Of a DNA stretch of 64,000 nt, positions 61,185 to 64,000 are shown piece by piece. Under the pieces are notes generated by a model. The model was not told where the DNA came from and searched no databases. It was given only the letters and a program-made list of their open reading frames with translations. The stretch lies in contig CAVOFT010000001.1 of the NCBI GenBank assembly GCA_963695095.1, forward strand, positions 3,051,849 to 3,115,848. The letters are read 5' to 3'. The DNA comes from an uncultured bacterium. GTDB lineage: Bacteria; Krumholzibacteriota; Krumholzibacteriia; JACNKJ01. Each line of letters starts with the position of its first letter. Within the stretch, counting starts at the first letter, position 1. A program made the position numbers and the translations under genes.

Positions 61185-64000
61185 CTACTTCACGAGCAGC
61201 AGGGTGCGGCTGGCGCGAAGGCCTCCGGCCTCGAGACGACAGAAGTAGGCCCCCGAGGCGAGCGGCGCGCCGTCGGCGCCACGGGCCTCCCAGCGCAGGC
61301 GATGCTCGCCCGCGGGCAAGGGCGCCGCGGCGAGCGGCCGGGCCACCTCGCGGCCCAGCACATCGAGAATGCGCAGCGTCACGCGAGCCGCCGCCGGCAG
61401 ACCGAATCGCAACTCGGTGGCGGGGTTGAAGGGATTGGGATGGTTGGGCGCCAGGTAGAAGCCGCTGGGCGCCGGCAAGCTCGCCGTCAGCGTGCAGCCC
61501 ACGGTGTAGAGGCCCACCAGGGCCGCGCAGTCGTTGTTCTCGGGCAGACAGGGCGAGGCATCGGCGAGCGTGTACTCGGCTCCCGTCACCGCGCAGTAGA
61601 GCGGATCCGCAGCGAAGCAGTCCCCGCCCGGCGTCTCCGCGTAGCCGGCATAGGGCTCGCTGCCATTGCCGAAGATGTCGCTGCAAGTCCAGAGCGTGGA
61701 ACTGGGAGCGTCCGCCTCGTGGAGAGCGCCGCCACTCTGGGCCTCGTTGAAGGTGACGAGCAGGCGTTCGAGCGCGAGCGTGGCCGCGTAGGCCAGGCCG
61801 ATGGCCCCGCCCCGCGCGGCCTGATTGTCGCTGAGCGTGGACTGGGCGATCTGCGGCGCGCCGCCGCTGAGGTAGACGGCGCCCCCGCTCTCGGCAGCCA
61901 GGTTGTCGTGCGCGAGCAGGTGACTGAACTGGGGAGCGCCGCCGAAGCTGGCCAGGCCGCCGCCGTTGCCGGTAACCGTGCCGTAGGCCTGGTTGCGGCG
62001 CAGGACCAGTCCCTCCACCTGCGACAGCGAGCCGCCCAGCACCAGGCCGCCGCCGGCGCCCTTGGCGCGACAGTCCTCGATCACCAGATTGCGCAGGGTG
62101 GGCGAGGCATTGCTCACGCGAATGCCGCCGCCGTTGTTGGATTCCCACTCGTAGTAGACGTGGCCGCCGCGAATCGTGAAGCCGTCGACGACGGCCCCTG
62201 GCCCCTCGCCGTGCTCGAAGTTGATTGCCCGGCCGGCCAGCTCGCAGTCGATGATCGTCAGGGCCGCCCCGCCTTCGCTGCGCAGCACCACGTCGTGGCC
62301 GCCGAAGTCGAGCCGCTTGTTGCCCGGGCCGCGATAGGTGCCCGGCGCCACGAGCACGGTGTCGCCGTCGACCGAGACGTCGAGAGCGGATTGGATGTCC
62401 GCGTACTCCGCCGGCACGCGGTGCAAGGTGCCGCGCTGGGCGAGGAAGTCCTGACCGGAGATGTCGGCGATGACGTCGGTGTAGCTCCGGTAGGGCGGCG
62501 TGAAGGTGTAGTCTTGCGCCAGGGGCACGATGATCCCCGTCCAGTGGTCCGGCACGAGGACGAGGTAGTCGCCCCCGGCGTCCGTGTGCGCCTCGTAGAA
62601 GCTGCCGTAGACCCCGGCGCCGACCAGGGGCGAGCCGCCCGGGTCCGCGATGCGGCCGGCGATCGCGCGGTGGATGTTGTCGCAGCCCACGGGCAGCGGT
62701 CCGATGTCCAGGCCGCAGCTGTTGTTGGCGGCCGCGCAGGGGGAGTCCGCATCGAGATGGAAGTCGCGGGTGAGCGGCGCGCAGAAGAGCGGGTTCGCGC
62801 TGAAGTTGCCGTCCTGGCCGCTCAGGTCGACGGCGCTGCCCCTCCAGTCGCCGCCGGCGTTGCCGAAGACATCGCTGCAGCTCGCGGCGAAGCCGGCGCC
62901 GCCGGCGGCCTCGAGGCCGCCGCCCTCGAAGCTGAAAACCGCCAGGCTCCGCGTCAGGGTAACCAGGCTGGCCTGATCCGCCCAGATCGCCCCGCCGCCG
63001 TTGTCGGCGCTGTTGAAGGCCAGCACGCTGGCCACGAACTCAGGCGTGGACGCCAGGCAGTAGAGAGCGCCGCCTCGATTCGCCGCGCTGTTGTCGTAGA
63101 GCTGGCAGCCCTGGAAGCTCGGGGCCGCGCCGGCGGCGCAGAACAGGCCGGCGCCATCGTCCGCAGCGGTGTTGTGGTGAATGACCAGATCGATCGCGGT
63201 CGGCGAGGCACTGATGCAGGCGAGGCCGCCGCCGTCCGTGAGGCCGTGGTTTTGCATGAGGATGAGATTCTCGAGCGTCGGCGCGCTGCCGATGCACAGG
63301 ATGCCGGCGCCGGTCGTGTGGCGACCGTTCTTGATCGTGAAGCCGCTCAGCTTGGTCGCCGCCGTCTCGCCGCTCACGAAGAGGAAGCCGGGGGCCGCCG
63401 TCTGGCAATCGATGACGGTGACGGCCGGTCCGCCCGAGCTCAGGATGACCAGGTTCTTGCCGCCCGTGCTCAGGTTGCGATTGCCCGTTCCGGTGTAGGT
63501 GCCGGGCGCGACGCGCACGGTGTCGCCCGGCACGGCCACATCGATGGCCGCCTGCAGCGTGGCATACTCCAGGGGCACCTCGTGCACGTGGATGTTGCCC
63601 GTGCACGCCTCGCCGAAGCGGCCCATCTGCACGCCGCAACCGTTGCCCCCGGGCAGGCAGGGCGAGCTCTCGTGCAGGCCCAGCGGCGTACCGTCGCCGG
63701 CGGCCCCGCAGAACACCGGGTCGGTGGCGAGGTTGCCGCCGCTGCCGGTGGCATCGGCCAGGGTGCCGGCGTAGCCGGGAGCGCCGCCGCCCCAGACGTC
63801 GCAGCAGGTGATGGCCAGGGCGGCGGACCCGGCGCCGTGCAGGCCGTCCGGCAGGTTCAGCGCCAGCAGGCAGGCGCTCAGCGTGGCCAGCGCCGCCCCG
63901 TCCAGCGAGAGGGCGCCGCCGACGCGCGCGGCCGTGTTGGTGTGGATGGTGGAGCCGTCCACGCTCGGCAGCGCCGCCCCCTCGCAGCGCAGGGCGCCGC
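61185..64000 (-). CDS. Very large parallel beta-helix repeat protein with a T9SS C-terminal sorting domain (5' end beyond the window)
   Basis: There are more than 20 PbH1-like repeats (GGALYC..., GGAIWADQ..., GGGIRVSNASPTLRNLVIEDC...). The C-terminus reads HPNPFNPATELRF..GAYFCRLEAGGLRASRTLLLVK. The ORF is open to the window edge. Confidence 0.7.
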   Translation of the reverse strand, partial: GALRCEGAALPSVDGSTIHTNTAARVGGALSLDGAALATLSACLLALNLPDGLHGAGSAALAITCCDVWGGGAPGYAGTLADATGSGGNLATDPVFCGAAGDGTPLGLHESSPCLPGGNGCGVQMGRFGEACTGNIHVHEVPLEYATLQAAIDVAVPGDTVRVAPGTYTGTGNRNLSTGGKNLVILSSGGPAVTVIDCQTAAPGFLFVSGETAATKLSGFTIKNGRHTTGAGILCIGSAPTLENLILMQNHGLTDGGGLACISASPTAIDLVIHHNTAADDGAGLFCAAGAAPSFQGCQLYDNSAANRGGALYCLASTPEFVASVLAFNSADNGGGAIWADQASLVTLTRSLAVFSFEGGGLEAAGGAGFAASCSDVFGNAGGDWRGSAVDLSGQDGNFSANPLFCAPLTRDFHLDADSPCAAANNSCGLDIGPLPVGCDNIHRAIAGRIADPGGSPLVGAGVYGSFYEAHTDAGGDYLVLVPDHWTGIIVPLAQDYTFTPPYRSYTDVIADISGQDFLAQRGTLHRVPAEYADIQSALDVSVDGDTVLVAPGTYRGPGNKRLDFGGHDVVLRSEGGAALTIIDCELAGRAINFEHGEGPGAVVDGFTIRGGHVYYEWESNNGGGIRVSNASPTLRNLVIEDCRAKGAGGGLVLGGSLSQVEGLVLRRNQAYGTVTGNGGGLASFGGAPQFSHLLAHDNLAAESGGAVYLSGGAPQIAQSTLSDNQAARGGAIGLAYAATLALERLLVTFNEAQSGGALHEADAPSSTLWTCSDIFGNGSEPYAGYAETPGGDCFAADPLYCAVTGAEYTLADASPCLPENNDCAALVGLYTVGCTLTASLPAPSGFYLAPNHPNPFNPATELRFGLPAAARVTLRILDVLGREVARPLAAAPLPAGEHRLRWEARGADGAPLASGAYFCRLEAGGLRASRTLLLVK

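Noticed and set aside
58627-62148. A 1173-aa ORF suggesting a start at 62148
   Set aside because: The first ~330 aa are Arg/Gly-rich run-on. They overlap the upstream beta-helix gene's 3' end in another frame. A signal-peptide Met at ~61086 (MQMALVCGLLIGSSG) is the plausible start.

Overview
A ~70% GC bacterial chromosomal segment. Six or more proteins carry a T9SS-type (Por/FlgD-Ig-like) C-terminal sorting domain, which is consistent with an uncultured FCB-group-like lineage. This lineage call is inference only.

Coding content, read on both strands:
- A PAS histidine kinase and response regulator pair.
- DoxX, AHSA1, NifX-like and DUF134 small proteins.
- Two paralogous Ser/Thr kinase-TPR genes, one intact and one decayed.
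- rsgA.
- A PL1 pectate lyase.
- A peptidoglycan-recycling pair: an AmgK-like kinase fused to a RapZ C-terminal-like domain, followed by a MurU-like nucleotidyltransferase.
- A 5'-truncated DUF1016 PD-(D/E)XK nuclease remnant.
- A PadR regulator with an associated membrane protein.
- tRNA-Asn(GTT).
- An M3 oligoendopeptidase F.
- A DUF3857-transglutaminase-DUF3858 gene translationally coupled to a catalytically dead paralog.
- A solitary DUF222-HNH endonuclease behind a near-consensus sigma70 promoter.
- An OFA-family MFS transporter.
- A TetR-regulated lysine-ketoglutarate reductase / saccharopine dehydrogenase pair, plus an extra saccharopine dehydrogenase paralog.
- An alpha-glucan phosphorylase.
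- A block of T9SS cargo: an S8 peptidase, an FG-GAP propeller and beta-helix proteins.
- A pyruvate/acetyl-CoA block: PFOR, a DHOD-like protein, an ADP-forming acetyl-CoA synthetase, and a CoA-transferase fused to a GNAT domain.

A striking property of the data is very uneven frameshift density. The first ~17 kb and the PFOR gene are riddled with frame switches that look like homopolymer indels. Several 1.4-3 kb genes elsewhere are intact. This looks like sequencing or assembly error rather than biology, but pseudogenisation cannot be excluded from sequence alone.

No CRISPR array, rRNA or obvious transposase was found.

Coordinates are approximate to +/-1 nt where taken from the raw text rather than from the ORF track.
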